Source: Hormiphora californensis
Lineage: Eukaryota; Animalia; Ctenophora
Direction: 5' to 3'
NCBI GenBank assembly: GCA_020137815.1
Contig: CM035353.1
Coordinates: 8,122,001 to 8,186,000, forward strand
Length of the DNA stretch: 64,000 bases
Shown here: positions 35,801-50,800 of the stretch, in pieces
How the letters are laid out: every line of letters begins with the position of its first letter
Numbering within the stretch: position 1 is the stretch's first letter
Position numbers and translations under genes: made by a program
The notes under the pieces: model-generated
Told to the model about the DNA's origin: nothing
What the model saw: only the letters and a program-made list of their open reading frames with translations
Databases searched by the model: none

Positions 35801-38800
35801 TGAGTGTCCTGCATTTACTGTTAAGGGATCAGCACAAGGAAACTGGCCTGTCTCACCAAAAGGGACAACTGTCACCATTGAATGTGCGGCCACCCATTAT
35901 GTACTTGCGGGAAGTGCAACACTGACTTGTCAGGACGATGGATCGTGGTCAAGTGATGTACCACAATGTGATGAAATTGGTAAAACACATTCTTCATACA
36001 AACATTATAAACTTCCCCTGAATACTCAAAAGTTCCTGGCGACTTTTCATTAAACTTTTCATTCATCAAATAGATTATTTAATAGATTACTCTAACCAAA
36101 CAACCAAGATATCTCCCATATGTAATTATGTATGTTACATACATAATAACATGGTATTACATTGTATGTAACAAGGGGACTTGTCAGACACTGACTGTAA
36201 CATCTCGAACGCGGATTGTCATGTTCAGAAATTTTCACCGTAAGCTCGAATGAAAGGCTCTAATTGCTAATCTAACTGCACGTGGTGTGTACCTGTACTG
36301 TCTGACAATCAGACTGAGAAGGTGAACTAGTTGAGATATTGTATGTGGTGTGTACCTGTACTGTCTGACAATGAGACTGAGAAGGTGAACCAGTTGAGAT
36401 ATTGTATGTCCCTCCTCGACTATAATCTTCTTGGTCCAATGGTACAACATGGCCTTCCCGTCATCTAGTCGGGCTGGCATGGCAGGGGTTATTATCTCTA
36501 GAGCCTGGAACACCACACTCCTACATTCGAGATGATGCGCCTTGAGTAACGAGTGGAACACCTACAAGAGGAGGGGGGTGTTAGCAGGGAGGGGGTAGGT
36601 GATCACGATGTTTCCTTATATGGACATCACGTGGGGGAACACATAAGTATATCACGTGCCTGTATAACAATCTTCTGGAGAATTGGAAACTTGCTGATGA
36701 TCAGTGAGAGGACAAGTTGTCCATAGTACTTGGTAGTGGGATCATGGGATATCTTGGGGTGACGACGTAACCAGGCATACTTCATCAAACTTCGAATCTT
36801 TACACCGTCCCGTCTAGAGAAAGGGGTGTATCATAACCATGTTAGAGATGTTAGAGATACAATGTTAGAGATGCTAGAGATGTTAGAGGTACAATGTTAG
36901 AGATGTTTAGTTAGATTCGGGGGGCAGGGGGCTAATGGCTATTTGGTAAATCTGCCACTGTCTACCTGTTGTTGGATGATGGACGGTGTATATAGTGGGC
37001 GGCATGTTTGATGAACTCAGCAGACAACTTCAACACATGTATCATCACATAGTCATTCACATCTGAGTCCTCCAGAATTATCTGAGGGGGAGTTGGGGGA
37101 TTGAACACGTGGGGGATTCGGATAGATATAGATTGATAGCCGGTAGAAGACCTCAAAACCTCTAAAGTATACTTGAACTGTTCTTATCAACACGTATGAA
37201 GTCTGGCTCTCTATTCACCTGACTCTCAGGGTGCATGAAGACATCAATAATATTCCCTCCTCCTGCTGCTGCTGGAGATCCCTCTGTGGTGGTAGGACCC
37301 TCAATGAGTGCAGTAGTGTCACCCCGCTCAAAACTATACTGGAACATAGGGACCAGGATGAACTCCAGAATCTTACCTGGGAAGGAGATGTTAGAGGGGG
37401 AGTTAGTACAGAAGTTCTAAAATCACTGTAGCTGTCCCAGCCCCACTGATCTCTAACTCGATAGAGAGAAAGAGCATGCTCGAGCAACCCCCTTACCTAT
37501 TAGTTCCTGGGGCCAGCTAATAGCTCGACCACCCCCCTGTTGGTGGTGGTGGGAGGAACTCTTATAGATCTCTACAAAGGCAAAGAAGGCACGGCGTCTC
37601 TGTTCAATGGTGAACCTGGAGGGTAAAATATATAGTTGTAATGAACTATATTTGCCTTAATGTTTTGGTTACGAAATAACCCCCTTCGTACGTTGGCAAG
37701 GGAGGGGTAACAACCTATTATGTGCTAATTACCACAACGATAATTGCAAAAAAGGGAGGGAACAATACAGCCACTCACCCTTCCACGACTTTAGTCTTGA
37801 TATGAGTGTGTAGGAAGTCCTTGTTAGCGACATATACCGCATCCAGGATATGTAGCAACTGGAACAACAACTCATTGTCCCCGGGGTTCCTCTCCAGATG
37901 TTTCAGGAGACACTCCGCAAGCAACTTGGGCTCCTTCCACTGGTGAGTGGGGACTTCAAATTTATCTGGATTCCTGAACTTCTCTTGGCTCACAGGACTG
38001 TTCCAAACAGCCCGGAAGTGGGCCACTAGATCTGCATTCCGTGACAGCAGATCAGGATCGTGTTTCAGAAGGAGAGAGGTGATGAGGATACCTTGGAATC
38101 TGATCTCCTGGAACTCCTTGCTGGACTCCTGGAGGGGGTACTGAACAGCGTTGTCATGTTGTGCCCCACAGGCAGCCAGTAACTGTGAGACTGCCCCTCC
38201 GAGGAATAATCGCAGCGGTCCTGAGGAGAATGAATGGGTTTAAAACTTGAAAAGTGTATTTGGGAGGGCAGAGGGACGCCAGTCCAAATGGGCTGGGGAC
38301 ACAGTATAATCCCAAGCCCAGAAGAGAGTTTGGACGAGATAGTTACCTCCATCCTTGTGCCTGAGGAAGTTGTAAAACATTCTGTTCATTGTGGGTTCAT
38401 GTAGATCCTTGAGGAAGAGATCTATAGCATCCCCTGGGTGCTTCAACACAAACTTGAATATCCCCTCCTGTGTAGAAGATTGTTCACATATTGTTTATCA
38501 AGTTGAAACAAAGCTGTGCTAACTAATAAACCCGTTTAGATACAGCTGATTTCTATTATGTGGTTACCTGGAAGGGACTGCCCAGTTCAACATTCAGATA
38601 TTTTTCAGCTCTCACCACATAAATTATCAACTGACTGAGGAAATAGGGGAAGTTGTTTAGTAAGAGTTGGATGGCAGGAGGGGGTTTACTATGTCATCAA
38701 ACCGATAATTCTTTGATTTATAGACAACTCAACCTACCTGAAGAAGCTCTTTGGGGGAGGGGGTACCAGATGGAAGGTATTGATGATGGCCTGACACAAC

Positions 38801-41800
38801 AATATCTCCTCACTAAACGTATTAATCGACCTCTGAAACATATTTTAACTTTTGAAATCAGGCGAGAGATAGGAGAGGATAGTATATAATCAACTAGTAG
38901 TTAGTTATTAACATTTGAAATGTTGTACCTTGACTGGTGTCTGGTGGACACTGAGAATGTTTTCCAGCCACTTTTTGAGATGTTTCAGAAGCTGATCTCT
39001 GAGTTTATCGTTAAATAGAGTGGGAAACAGCTCCATCAAATGTGCCAGAATCTAAGTAAAGGGGGTTAGTTAATGGTAGTAAACAAGACTATAGAGTGGT
39101 CTAGAGCCACAGGTAAAATTCATATCTGCGTATCTGAATTCTGAGTACCCAGGTACCTACCTCAATAAGATGAATGGAGAGTTTCTTGGTTTCAGGTAGT
39201 TGTTGAAGAAGTGGTCTGATCTCCGAAGTGACAGTCTCCAGCACTATATCCTGTCCCTTGCTCTTTTGATAGGTTTGTATTGCATTCTTAGCACACATCT
39301 GCAGCTCTTTGTCATGCCCAGTTAGGATCGTATACATAACCTGGGGGAATAGTGGGGACAGTTATTTCCAGTTTCGTATACCACTCGGATACCTAACTGA
39401 GGTTGTCTAGATCATTTTGATACACCCTGTAGAATCCAACCCCAAACAAGTATATCACACCAAATAAGAAACTACCTAAAATTGTTAATTCTGTACCTTG
39501 AATATCTCAGGTTCATGTTGTGGCAGGTAGTGACAAGTTGCAAGGACCCTCAGCCCTGTCTTCTTCAGCAAAGTGAAATTAGTTTCCCGCTTATAACAGT
39601 TGTATTTAGATAAAAGAGCCTGAGGGGAGAGAGAACAAATCACCAGTATCTCCTTCAGTAGTTTCTCTTTCTCAACATTGTTCGTCCCTGTAGCCTCCAG
39701 GGTTAGTAGTCTTGGTTCTAGAGTGGAGCAGAATACGACAGCTTCCATACAGGCTAGTTGTCGGGTTTCAGGGAGCTGGGATAGAGGCTGTTTCTTGGGC
39801 AGGATCTGAAATAGGGAAGAGTTGTTATATTCTAACATTTACCAGGGGCATTGACTGGCAAAGATAGAGGGTCGAGATGATCATGTGGTCACAACACAGC
39901 CTGATAGAAGACGCGGGTGAGGTACACAGAAGATGTGTTGTGCGCGCCAATAATTGTACTCCCCTCACATCTTTGTCGTAGTGCTATTGCGCGCGCTCGA
40001 CATCTCAACCAGGGTGGTTTTGTTTCAAGCAGCGGGAGACAACAACCAAACACCTTTGTTTTGAAACTAAACATTTTCCAATTTCCTATCCATTCTTACT
40101 TTCTCTAACTTTGATATGGTTTATGAAGGAGTAAACTGTTTTATCGCCTTTTTTATTAAAAAAGGATAACAAATTTTATCGCCAATTTCAAACTACAGCT
40201 GTTTTATGGCGATGAAGAGTTGCAAGTGTTGTCGCAACTAATGCAGAACTTACCACCAAAGACGTAAACAGTTTGTCAACTCCGTACTCAGTACCAAAAC
40301 ATGAATATTGACGATATCCTATTCGCGGCAGCCCTTCTCTGCCTTGCGATACTAATGGTTCTTGGACTGCTACACATCAAGAAGACCATTACGCATGACA
40401 AGTGATCGACTGCTTCCTATGTACGCCCAAGACCTGGAGCAATCCAAAACAGTGGCAAACAACGCCCACCTAATTTCGGAAAACGTGGCCAAGAGACTTG
40501 CCTCGGTCACCATGTCACTACAAAGGCTACATGAGGTTGTGGAGCGAGAGCTGACTAAGAAACGTCCCACATACTGCACCTCTACTACACAGACAATGAT
40601 GGTAGACACAACAGACTCTGCTACATTCACCAGCCCAAGGAAGACCAATGTGGAGTCTGTTTCTACCAGCCCCGGACCCAGCCCTAGAGAGCTCCTTGTC
40701 GAGACTGTTTCTACCAGTGAAGCAGCACTCTCTACCGAAGAGGAAGCCGTCCTAATTCAGCCTGAGGACTCTCAAGTTGTACCGGACCAGCCCAACACAG
40801 AGGACTCCATTGTAGCAGACCATACCGTGCTACACCTAGAGTAAGGCTGAACTTCAAAGATTTTATCGAGACGGGTGGAGGAGATGATTTTACCCCTGAG
40901 GAGTGATGAACCTCATTTTACCCCCTCCTCCTCCACCCCCTCACCACTATGGGGAGAGCTCATTGTGATTGTCAGGATAGATACTGACTATCACAATGAG
41001 CTCTCTGTGCCAGCTCTGATCATGCACTATCTCTATTGTATGATCAGAGTCCCATAGCCGTGTAGCTGCTGGCTGATGCTACAGTGAGTACGGTCAACTC
41101 ACAAAAAACAAAATTTTAGTCTATGCACAAGATTGGTGCACGATCACGAAATCTTCAAACTCAATAATATTCCTTCTTACCGTATCAGCGAAGAAATCTT
41201 TGGATGACAGATCTTTAGATAGCGGGTCTACCAGTTCTTTGACTGTCTTCTTGGTTATTTCAGCCAGGGTCAGGAGTGATTGGCGGGTCTGTTTTCGTAC
41301 CACTGCATATGGTGATAACATCTCCTTAACGAGGTGGTGAACCATACCCGGGAGTAGCTGAAATGGTAGGGAATTAGGGAGTAGGGGAAATGAGGGAATT
41401 AGGGAGTAGGGGAATGAGGGAATTAGGGAGTAGGGGAATGAGGGAATTAGGGAGTAGGGGAATGTAGGGAGTAGTTGAAAGGGGGTACTAGACTAGTGGA
41501 AACGAGGAATTAGGGATTCGTGGAAACGAGGGAGTAGTGGAGAGGAGGGGGAATTGGGGAGTAGCTGAAGTGAGGGTAAATTAGGGAATAGAAAGGGGAC
41601 TAGGGAGGGAATGTATGGTGTAGCTACAAACTATCACCAAATAACACCCGTGGTACCTTCTCTTGTGCAGCGGTAACATTTGCTGCACTGTGTGGTGTAT
41701 TGCAGTGTCTGATAATCCTCTGGAACAGTGCCTCCGCTAATCCTAATGTACCATAACTTATCTGAAACATAGAAAACATGAGGTAATCTAAATATTATGT

Positions 41801-44800
41801 GTCTCAAATATCTGCCCAAATATCTGCCCAAATATTTGCCCAAATTGTCCAAATAAATATCTGAGCTTGGTAAATATCCGTTATTCAATTTAGAAGTTAC
41901 CTCTTCACTAAGGTCGATCATGGTGTACATTGTAGCACTGATCAGGGGTTGCTGGTTCTTTATAACCCACATTAGGGGAGCATTACCGATCAACCAATCA
42001 AGTGCAGTAACCCCGCCCCTCTTACTAAACCATGCCCTCTCATAACACAACCCACACAACTTGTCCAGTAACACGTCAAAGAAGGGCATCTGGAAGGCTC
42101 TCTCCGCTGAACCTGTAGGGAGGGGAAGGATAGTTAGTTTTCCTATAATCCGAAATAAATCCACAGTTAATTAGGAATAAAATATTGTATGCATGTATTT
42201 TGCGACCTCCCGGCCCGGACTTATTCTTTGAACAAGGCAAAGAATCGAACAGGTACCTAGGATGTATTTGCAGGTTTCAGTAACAAGACGTATTGCCTTC
42301 TCCCCGATATTCGCCAGTTCACTCTGTTCAGAACCAACACACTCCGCTATTACATCTACCAGGACATGGACATCCAACGATGCACTTCCCTGAGAGACGG
42401 GGAGGGATCAAGAGAGGAATGGGAAGGGACATGTTGAAAATTATAGCAAGTGGGGAGGGGTGGGTACACATAGGTGATAGGAGGGGGATAATATACCACT
42501 AGTTTTTTGTTCTATTTGCCACACAGTGTATGAAATTGCATACCTTTCGTTTGGTGTGGAAAACTCCACTCTGTTGGACAATAGTCAGCAGTGAGAAATG
42601 TCGTACTATACTCATCATGAATTGTGTCGTCTCTCCTCTCAACTGTTTCGTAGCAGTAGCTACAAACAACCTGGTGGAGAGTCATGGTGTTAGACATGAT
42701 GGCCATATTATGTAGTGTAGTCAGAGTGTCAAACATTACCATATATGGTATTGGAGTCAGAGTGTCATACATGAGTCATGACTAGTAACCAAACATTGGT
42801 ACATGAGTCATGACTAGTAACCAAACATTGGTACAAGGTTATAAAGCAATGTGTTACCCAAGAAGTGCAGTTTTGAAGGCGGTTCTAGTTGGTTCATCGT
42901 TACAGATAAAGTTCCCCTTACTGATGGAGGGTACATGCTGCGTCTGGCTCTGTCGAGAGAGAGGAGGTTTATTAGAATCTTTCGGAACAAAACATAACCC
43001 AATGAAAGTTATGTATGATGTTCCTGGATGGCAGATCTGTTTGCAAAAGACATCTCCAAACCGCAACATTACAGTAGTACGATAAAGTCTGTTACCTGTT
43101 TCCAGCTAATAGTGGCCAGTAGTTTCTGTATCTGTGGGGTTGTATCACTCAGGTTTATCATGGCAATAATGTAGCTCTGGCACACATACAGACTGTGCTG
43201 CATACAGAACAGACTCCTGTCAGGGGCCTTCAATACTCTCAGAGCGTGATCCAAAACCTGGGAAGAGGATCATTCAACGACCTGCATTGTATATCCATCG
43301 CTCACGAGCACTCATATTGCCGAATGTCGACCATATAATCGCATTGACGAAGTCGCGATAGTTCGATTTGGTTTCTCAACCCCGAGAATCTCAGAAGAAT
43401 ATTTTGTGTACAATCTGATCCGTTATCTTATCACCAGGGAGATGGCACCCCTTGGTAGGAACATGTACCTTCTGAACAGGCACTTTAACGGGTGTTTCAC
43501 TGTAAGGGAACCAAATGTGAACACTGGCAGGGACACTGTCCGGGTTAACGTGCTCCAGAGCTGGCAGGTCAGGGAGGGTCTTTCTGTTCCGGGCACCACA
43601 CTTGCCTGCGAGTTGGGAAGGGTGATTATATGGGGGCAGGGGAGTTGGGGAGGGTGATTATATGGGGGCAGGGGGATTTAGGGGTAGGGGAGTGTTGCGG
43701 TATTTGAAGTGTGAGGGGATGTATGGGGGATAAGAAGAAGGGTAAATCAATTCACAACACTTACCCAGTACTCGGAAGGCGTATTTAGCGTTGTTGTCAT
43801 TTTCATTGTTGTTTTGGAAGAGAATCTTCCACAAAGCCTTTATCAGCTCCGCTCTGACAGGCTAAACGAGAGAGAAAATCATTCGGTTACAGTAAAAGAG
43901 GAGCAACTTACAAAACTAAATCATTTCTACCAGTCGTTGTTACCTCGATTTTCAGGTAGAAAAAGTTTGGTTCCAAGTTATCAGTACACAGCTCCAGGGT
44001 ACGGAGTCCCTGTGCTATTAGGGTGTTGGATCCTTTTAGGGCTGATACTAGAGGGTCCATTAGTGCGGGGAGGTAAGGAATCAGGTTACTTAGTCGTACA
44101 GGTATCGTCAGGATCTATAGGAATATAATAGAGGGTGAGAGGACACAAAATATGTGGAGAGACGATAGGGGGTTATAAAGGGTGCTATAGCACGTGTATT
44201 TAACCAGGACGCAGGTCAGTGAGGACATATAACACATACCAGCTCAATGAAGATATCCCGCATGTGTTGTTTATGTACACCCGTCTGTAACCAATTGAGG
44301 GTCTGTAGAAGAGATGGAAGGAGGGGTAGGAACTCGTTATAAAGCTCATCATACTTGTTACTGGCATCACCTGCAGGAGGAGAGAGAGATTATATCACAC
44401 TGCATAACGGGAGTCTGGAGATATAAGCAGGGAAATGGAGTTGGTTGAAAGAAGCAATGTTTGTTTGTCCACGTTGATTACCTATCACTCTAAAGAGATG
44501 TCGTAGCAGTGTGAAGTAGTTGGTTGGGTCCTTTGCAGTTTCAGCTAGTTCCATACTAGAGTTGAGGATCTTCTGGAGGTGAGGTTTTAACACCCCCTCT
44601 GTCTCTGAGTCCTGGTGGTGATCTGGGAAAAAGAGAGATTGTTACTTTAACTATAGGGAGAGTTGCGAGAGTAGCCGGGGGTGGTATAGAGAACAGGTTA
44701 ATTGTAGGCTGCTTTGGTCGCCCCGGGGGAACTATCATTTCGAACTCCAGTTGGCAGCTCCAGTGGAGTGGGTGATGGGTCACAAAACAGAAAGGCATAC

Positions 44801-47800
44801 TAAGATTGCACGTTGCACAGGCACTACCTTGGTTTAGCTTCTGGGTGAAGGTAAACAGGTTTCTCCACAGACGACTATACAGGGTGCTCTTATCATGAGG
44901 CTCGCCCCCTCCCTGTCCCATATCGGGTAGTTTCTGCATTAGATACTTGGCGAGTTGGAATGCAAACATGGAACCACACTGCATGTTCATCTGACCTCTC
45001 TCTCCACGGGGAACTAGAGGGAGTATATTATTTAGTAGTGTGGTTTGTTCGAGGTCTGAACAATTGACTTGTTTAGGCTCACTACCTATGAACATTGCAA
45101 CAAAGGAGACATGAACCATTGCTACTACAGTATACTTACTAAGGTAGTAGTAGGCGATGCCGGTGAGGCTGTGATTGTTGTGTATTGACTCAACCAGGAA
45201 ATCCATTTGAGTCTCAAACACCTGGGAGAGAGAGAGACACGATTTAATGTTGTGCTACCTGTGGACAGCAGAACGTAATTCCGTAATGTTAACAACACTT
45301 ATGATAAGTTATGTTGAACAGGAGCCATGTCTACCTCTTTGAAAGTGTCCATACGAAGCACAAAGAGACTTGCAAAGTGTTCCATGGACTCCTTTTCCTC
45401 TTTAGACCGGAGACTTAGTTGGCAGTTAGTTGCTGATCTGATGTAGGTTATCCTATTGGGAGGTGGTCCAACCTGGCATAGGGGCAGGGTGGTTAATGGT
45501 GGTCTTTACTGGGGGAGGGGGTTAGCAAGGTAAGCACATCTGATTACTGATACAGAGGGAGGTGGTTACCAATTGATGATGGTTACCAATTGATGACATG
45601 ATATAATTGAATGGACTATTACCTGTATTCTATACACGTTGAGACAGTTAACACCGTGTCTGAGTAGTCTAATAAACAGGTATGTATCACTAGGTAGAAA
45701 CTTGTGTTGCATAGGAGGGTTCTTCCACACAGTCAGGGTCAGGGTCTTTACACCAAACACTAAGGAGATGGTTTATTAATTAGTACCCCATACAACAACT
45801 GCTAGTGGGACTTTTCACATGTTGCTTCTCTAAGTTCCCCCCTTCACGAAGTTCCCCCTTATTACCCCCTCATCACAATATGATCTCTACCCCGACCTAC
45901 CTAGTGTTTTGATGTGTACACGACACTCCTGAACCGTCATTGCCAGTGTAGCCTGTCCTTTTTTACCACTGGCTGCCTCGTTCAGCGCTTCCTGGGGAAA
46001 TAACATCAAATAGATTAACTGACGATTGCCCTCCCCCCTCGATTGCCCTCCCCCTCGATTGCCCTCCCCCTCGAGGGGGTTGTAGGTGACTTACCGCCTC
46101 AGGAGGGAATGATGTGGGTATCTCAGTTCCAGTCTGGACGGCACATCGGGCAAAGAGGGCAGGTAACTGATGCTTAGAGACCGTCTCAAACTTGTTCACA
46201 AACGACTAAAGAGGAAGAGGTGGTATGAAGTTAACTTGTTATGCTCTAACAATTCTTTTACAGGGTCAAGCAAGGCAAGAAGTGTTCACTGTTACACAAT
46301 AAAACCCGGATTATTACCTCCAGTATTCGCATTAGTAGTTCCCGTCCCCAGGCAGCATTCTCCTTCTCGCTCTTCTCCTTGATGTACGTGGCTATGTTGA
46401 TCAGGATCTTGCACGCCATGTTCTGGATACTGAGGAGGAGATTACAGGGTGTTTAGTTGGAACTTGCCCCTTTTAAAGTCTGACATTGTTACAGTTTCTA
46501 CAGCAAGTAAAGTGAAGGTATTGTATGTTTTGCCCCCCCCTTCCCTGACAATAACATATACCTGGATGGTAGTTCGCTGTTGTGTACATTCCTTCCAAAC
46601 AGATATACAATACCAGTAAGCTGCTTCAGAGACAGCTTGTCCCTGACTTGATGGATTAGATCAGCTAGCGTGCTGTATGCAATACCTCTAGCACCGTGCT
46701 TGCTGGTATACCCCGTACCTGGTTTAGTTAGGAGTGTTGTAAATGGTAGAACCGCACTCCGAAATGTTACAAAGTGAGATACTTGAATGAGAATTTTGTC
46801 TTCTCTCTATCTCAATCAGACAAGATTTAACTACCTATAACTAACTGCAAAGTCTGCTCTAACCTATGATGATATCCTCATCTAGGAGCTGGTCAATGTA
46901 GGTCACCATCCTGTACTTGAAGTTCATTGTATCAGAGGGGTCATGGTTCAGCAGGTGACGACATGCTACTACCAACTGAAATTAATGTGTCAGATTCAAC
47001 TGTCATTCTGTGGATTTGAAGACTGCGAGTAAGCGGGTTAAATAGGATCCCCCTTGTTACCCTTGCTCATTAGAAAATGTTACCCCTTGTTAACAATGTT
47101 ACCCCCTTTGTTACCTCTCTTCGGAGATGTGGTGTCTCGTTAGGACAGTAACGGAAACAGTCCAATAGCCCCTTGATAAACTTATCATAATCCCTCTCTA
47201 TTATCTCACGGAACGGCCTGAGTGGAGAGGGGAGTATAGCAGATGGTGAGTAAATACAGTTTACTGGCCGTTGTTGTTGAAAATGAGGGGGTGGTAAGCA
47301 AACCCCTCCCCCTACCGTGGGGGTTAGCGGGGTGCAGATGGCATGGGTGGGGTAGGTAGTACTCACGCAAACTTGGTAAGAAAGGCCAGGAATGTAATAG
47401 TCTTGATATGGACCGTCATAAAGTCAACATAGGATTCCCTTATGAAATGGTCGCTGTTCCTAAGAGACAGATAACTTGAGTTAGCTCAGTTAGTCAAATG
47501 GGATTGGAACATGATTATGCCCCTACAAACTAACATGAATGAACATGTCATACACCAAACTAACATGATAGACCTAACACGTCCCACACTAACATGATAG
47601 ACCTAACACGTCCCACACTAACATGTCCCAAACTAACATGTCCCACACTAACATGTCCCACACTAACATGTCCCGCACTAACATGTCCCAATTACTAACA
47701 TGATTGAGTTATCAGGGTGGAGGGAGAGGGTGTTTAACATGATGTGGATCAGTTTGGCAACCTCCTCTTCAATAACAGTAGGTAGGGCTTGGAAGAAGGC

Positions 47801-50800
47801 AACTACAGCTAATGGTAGCTCACATATCATCTTCAGGGACTGTGTTGCCTAGAGAGAAAGAGGGGATTGAGTTAGTTTTTATGAGATAGGGTAGAGCAAG
47901 GTACGTTTTAGTCATGTCTTGTTCAGACCGTCTCGTGTTTAACTTTTCATGCTTTAAATTTTCGCTGCGTGGGAGAGTCTGATCAAAATAACTCCAGATT
48001 TGAAAACACTGTACCGAACAAACATGGTTTAGTACTTTTGGAATATACCTACCTTGGGTATTGGTTTTCCCTCCCTTTCCATGGAGCTAGGCTCACTAAG
48101 GAGGAGGTGCCTCATTGTAACACGCAGGTTGGAGTAACAGGTCGCTATGAACTGGACAAACCTCCGGCTCTGCAATAATAGAACTACGTGTTACATGAGG
48201 GTGTGTTAGAACTGTGTTAAAATATACAACTTTAACATGTTAAACATCACATTCTGATTGGATTTTTTTTTTTGTGTCCTCCCCGCGCTAACATTTGTCA
48301 CTCCCTGTATTACATAACATGTACCTGTGTCCACGGTTTGACAGATGTTAAACTCTGCAGCCACATGATTGACCCCGGTAGTATGGCCGGAATACTGCCT
48401 TTGGGTACCCAATCACTGGTACTCTACCCAATCACTGGTACTCTACCCAATCACTGGTACTCTACCTAATCATGCTGGTAAGTTACCTGTCTGGCGGTGC
48501 CGACTCGCTTTGAGTGTATCAAAACCGGGCTACAGGTAGTTCAGTAAAGTATCTGCTGGAAAATCATATGATTCCGTATAAACAGGTCAAATGTAACCCA
48601 GGGGGTTTTCCCAAACAAACCAAAAAAACCCGGGGGAAATACAGGGTTTTTTTGCCTTTTTCTTTTAAAATCATGAAATGGGCTCCCCCCCTCCCTGTCC
48701 CATATCGGGTAGTTTCTGCATTAGATACTTGGCGAGTTGGAATGCAAACATGGAACCACATTGCATGTTCATCTGACCTCTCTCTCCACGGGGTACTAGA
48801 GGGAGATATATACTTAGTAGTGTGGTTGACTTGTTCGAGGTCTGAACAATTGACTTATTGTTTAGGCTCACTACCTATGAACATTGCAACAAAGGAGACA
48901 TGAACCATAGCTACTGCAGTATACTTACTAAGGTAGTAGTAGGCGATACCGGTGAGGCTGTGATTGTTGTGTATTGACTCTACCAGGAAATCCATTTGAG
49001 TCTCAAACACCTGGGAGAGAGACAATATTCACCCAGCTTGAAAAACAGATAGCAGCATAATCGGTAAACAAGAGCAATTTAGTACAAAAATTTGTAAACT
49101 CCGTAATGATAACAACACTTGATGAACAGGCTCCATGTACCTCTTTGAAAGTGTCCATACGAAGAACAAAGAGACTAGCAAAGTGTTCCATGGACTCCTT
49201 TTCCTCTTTAGACCGGAGACTTAGTTGGCAGTTAGTTGCTGATCTGATGTAGGTTATCCTGTTGGGAGGTGGTCCAACCTGACATAGGGGGAGTGGTTAC
49301 TGGTTAGTCGTGGTGGTACTGGGGGAGGGGTTATCGGGGCTCTAGCATGGGGTTAACAGCGGGGTGGTTAGTAAGGGGTTTACCAACATGATATGAATGA
49401 AGATACTCATCAAGTGGTTATTACCTGTATTCTATACACATTGAGGCAGTTCACTCCATGTCTTAGTAGCCTAATAAACAGGTATGTATCACTAGGTAGA
49501 AACTTGTGTTGCATAGGAGGGTTCTTCCACACAGTCAGGGTCAGGGTCTTTACACCAAACACTGAGGAGAGGAGGGTTTAATCATATAGTATACCATACA
49601 ACAACTGCTAGTGGGACTTGTGATTTTCACATGTTGCTTCTCTAAGTTCCCCCCTTCTCGAAGTCCCCCCCTCATCACAATATGACTTCTACCCCGACCT
49701 ACCTAGAGTTTTGATGTGTACACGACACTCCTGAACCGTCATTGCCAGTGTAGCCTGCCCTTTCTTCCCACTGGCCGCCTCATTCAGCGCTTCCTGGGGA
49801 AACATAATATTGAAAAGCACTGTCCAAGATTGCTAAATGCTAACATTAACCGGGAGGAGGGCCCTCCCCCCTCGAGGGGGTTGTAGGTGACTTACCGCCT
49901 CAGGAGGGAACGATGTGGGTATCTCAGTTCCAGTCTGGACGGCACATCGGGCAAAGAGGGCAGGTAACTGATGTTTGGAGACCGTCTCAAACTTGTTCAC
50001 AAACGACTGAAGGGGAAGAGGTGGTATGAAGTTAACATGTTCTAACCCTTCTTTTTGTTAACCTGTTATTTTCTAACCCTTCTTTTACAGGGTCAAGCAA
50101 GGCAAGAAGTTACACAATAAAACAAGGATGATATTACCTCCAGTATTCGCATTAGTAGTTCCCGTCCCCAGGCAGCATTCTCTTTCTCACTCTTCTCCTT
50201 GATGTACGTGGCTATGTTTATCAGGATCTTGCACGCCATGTTCTGGATACTGGGGTGGGGATTACAGGGTGTTTTAAAGTCTGACATTGTTACACCAGAG
50301 GATATATAATGGTCTTCTACAGCAAGTAAAGTGAAGTTATTCTGCATTTTGCCCCCCCCCTTCCCTGATAATAACATATACCTGGATGGTAGTTCGCTGT
50401 TGTGTACATTCCTTCCAAACAGATATACAATACCAGTAAGCTGCTTCAGAGACAGCTTGTCCCGGACTTGATGGATCAGGTCAGCTAGCGTGCTGTATGC
50501 AATACCTCTAGCACCGTGCTTGCTGGTATACCCCGTACCTGATTTAGTTAGGAGTGTTGTTACAGGGAGAACTGTGCTCCGAGTTTTACAAAGTGAGAAT
50601 ACAGTAAATCTCTCTAAATCAGACAAGATTTATCAACATAAATAATTAAAGTAGTATTCACTACAAAGTCTCTACATTCACTAACCTATCCACACCCCAC
50701 ACTCGCAGAAGAATGCACTAACCTATGATGATATCCTCATCTAGGAGCTGGTCAATGTAGGTCACCATCCTGTACTTGAAGTTCATTGTATCAGATGGGT

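Noticed and set aside
41366-41612. TTAGGG-containing repeat as interstitial telomere
   Set aside because: TTAGGG is embedded in a longer 22-23-bp unit, not tandem
47530-47700. (cccacactaacatgt)n and other short intronic repeats (36840-36905, 42769-42833, 52085-52150)
   Set aside because: Ordinary slippage-type intron minisatellites
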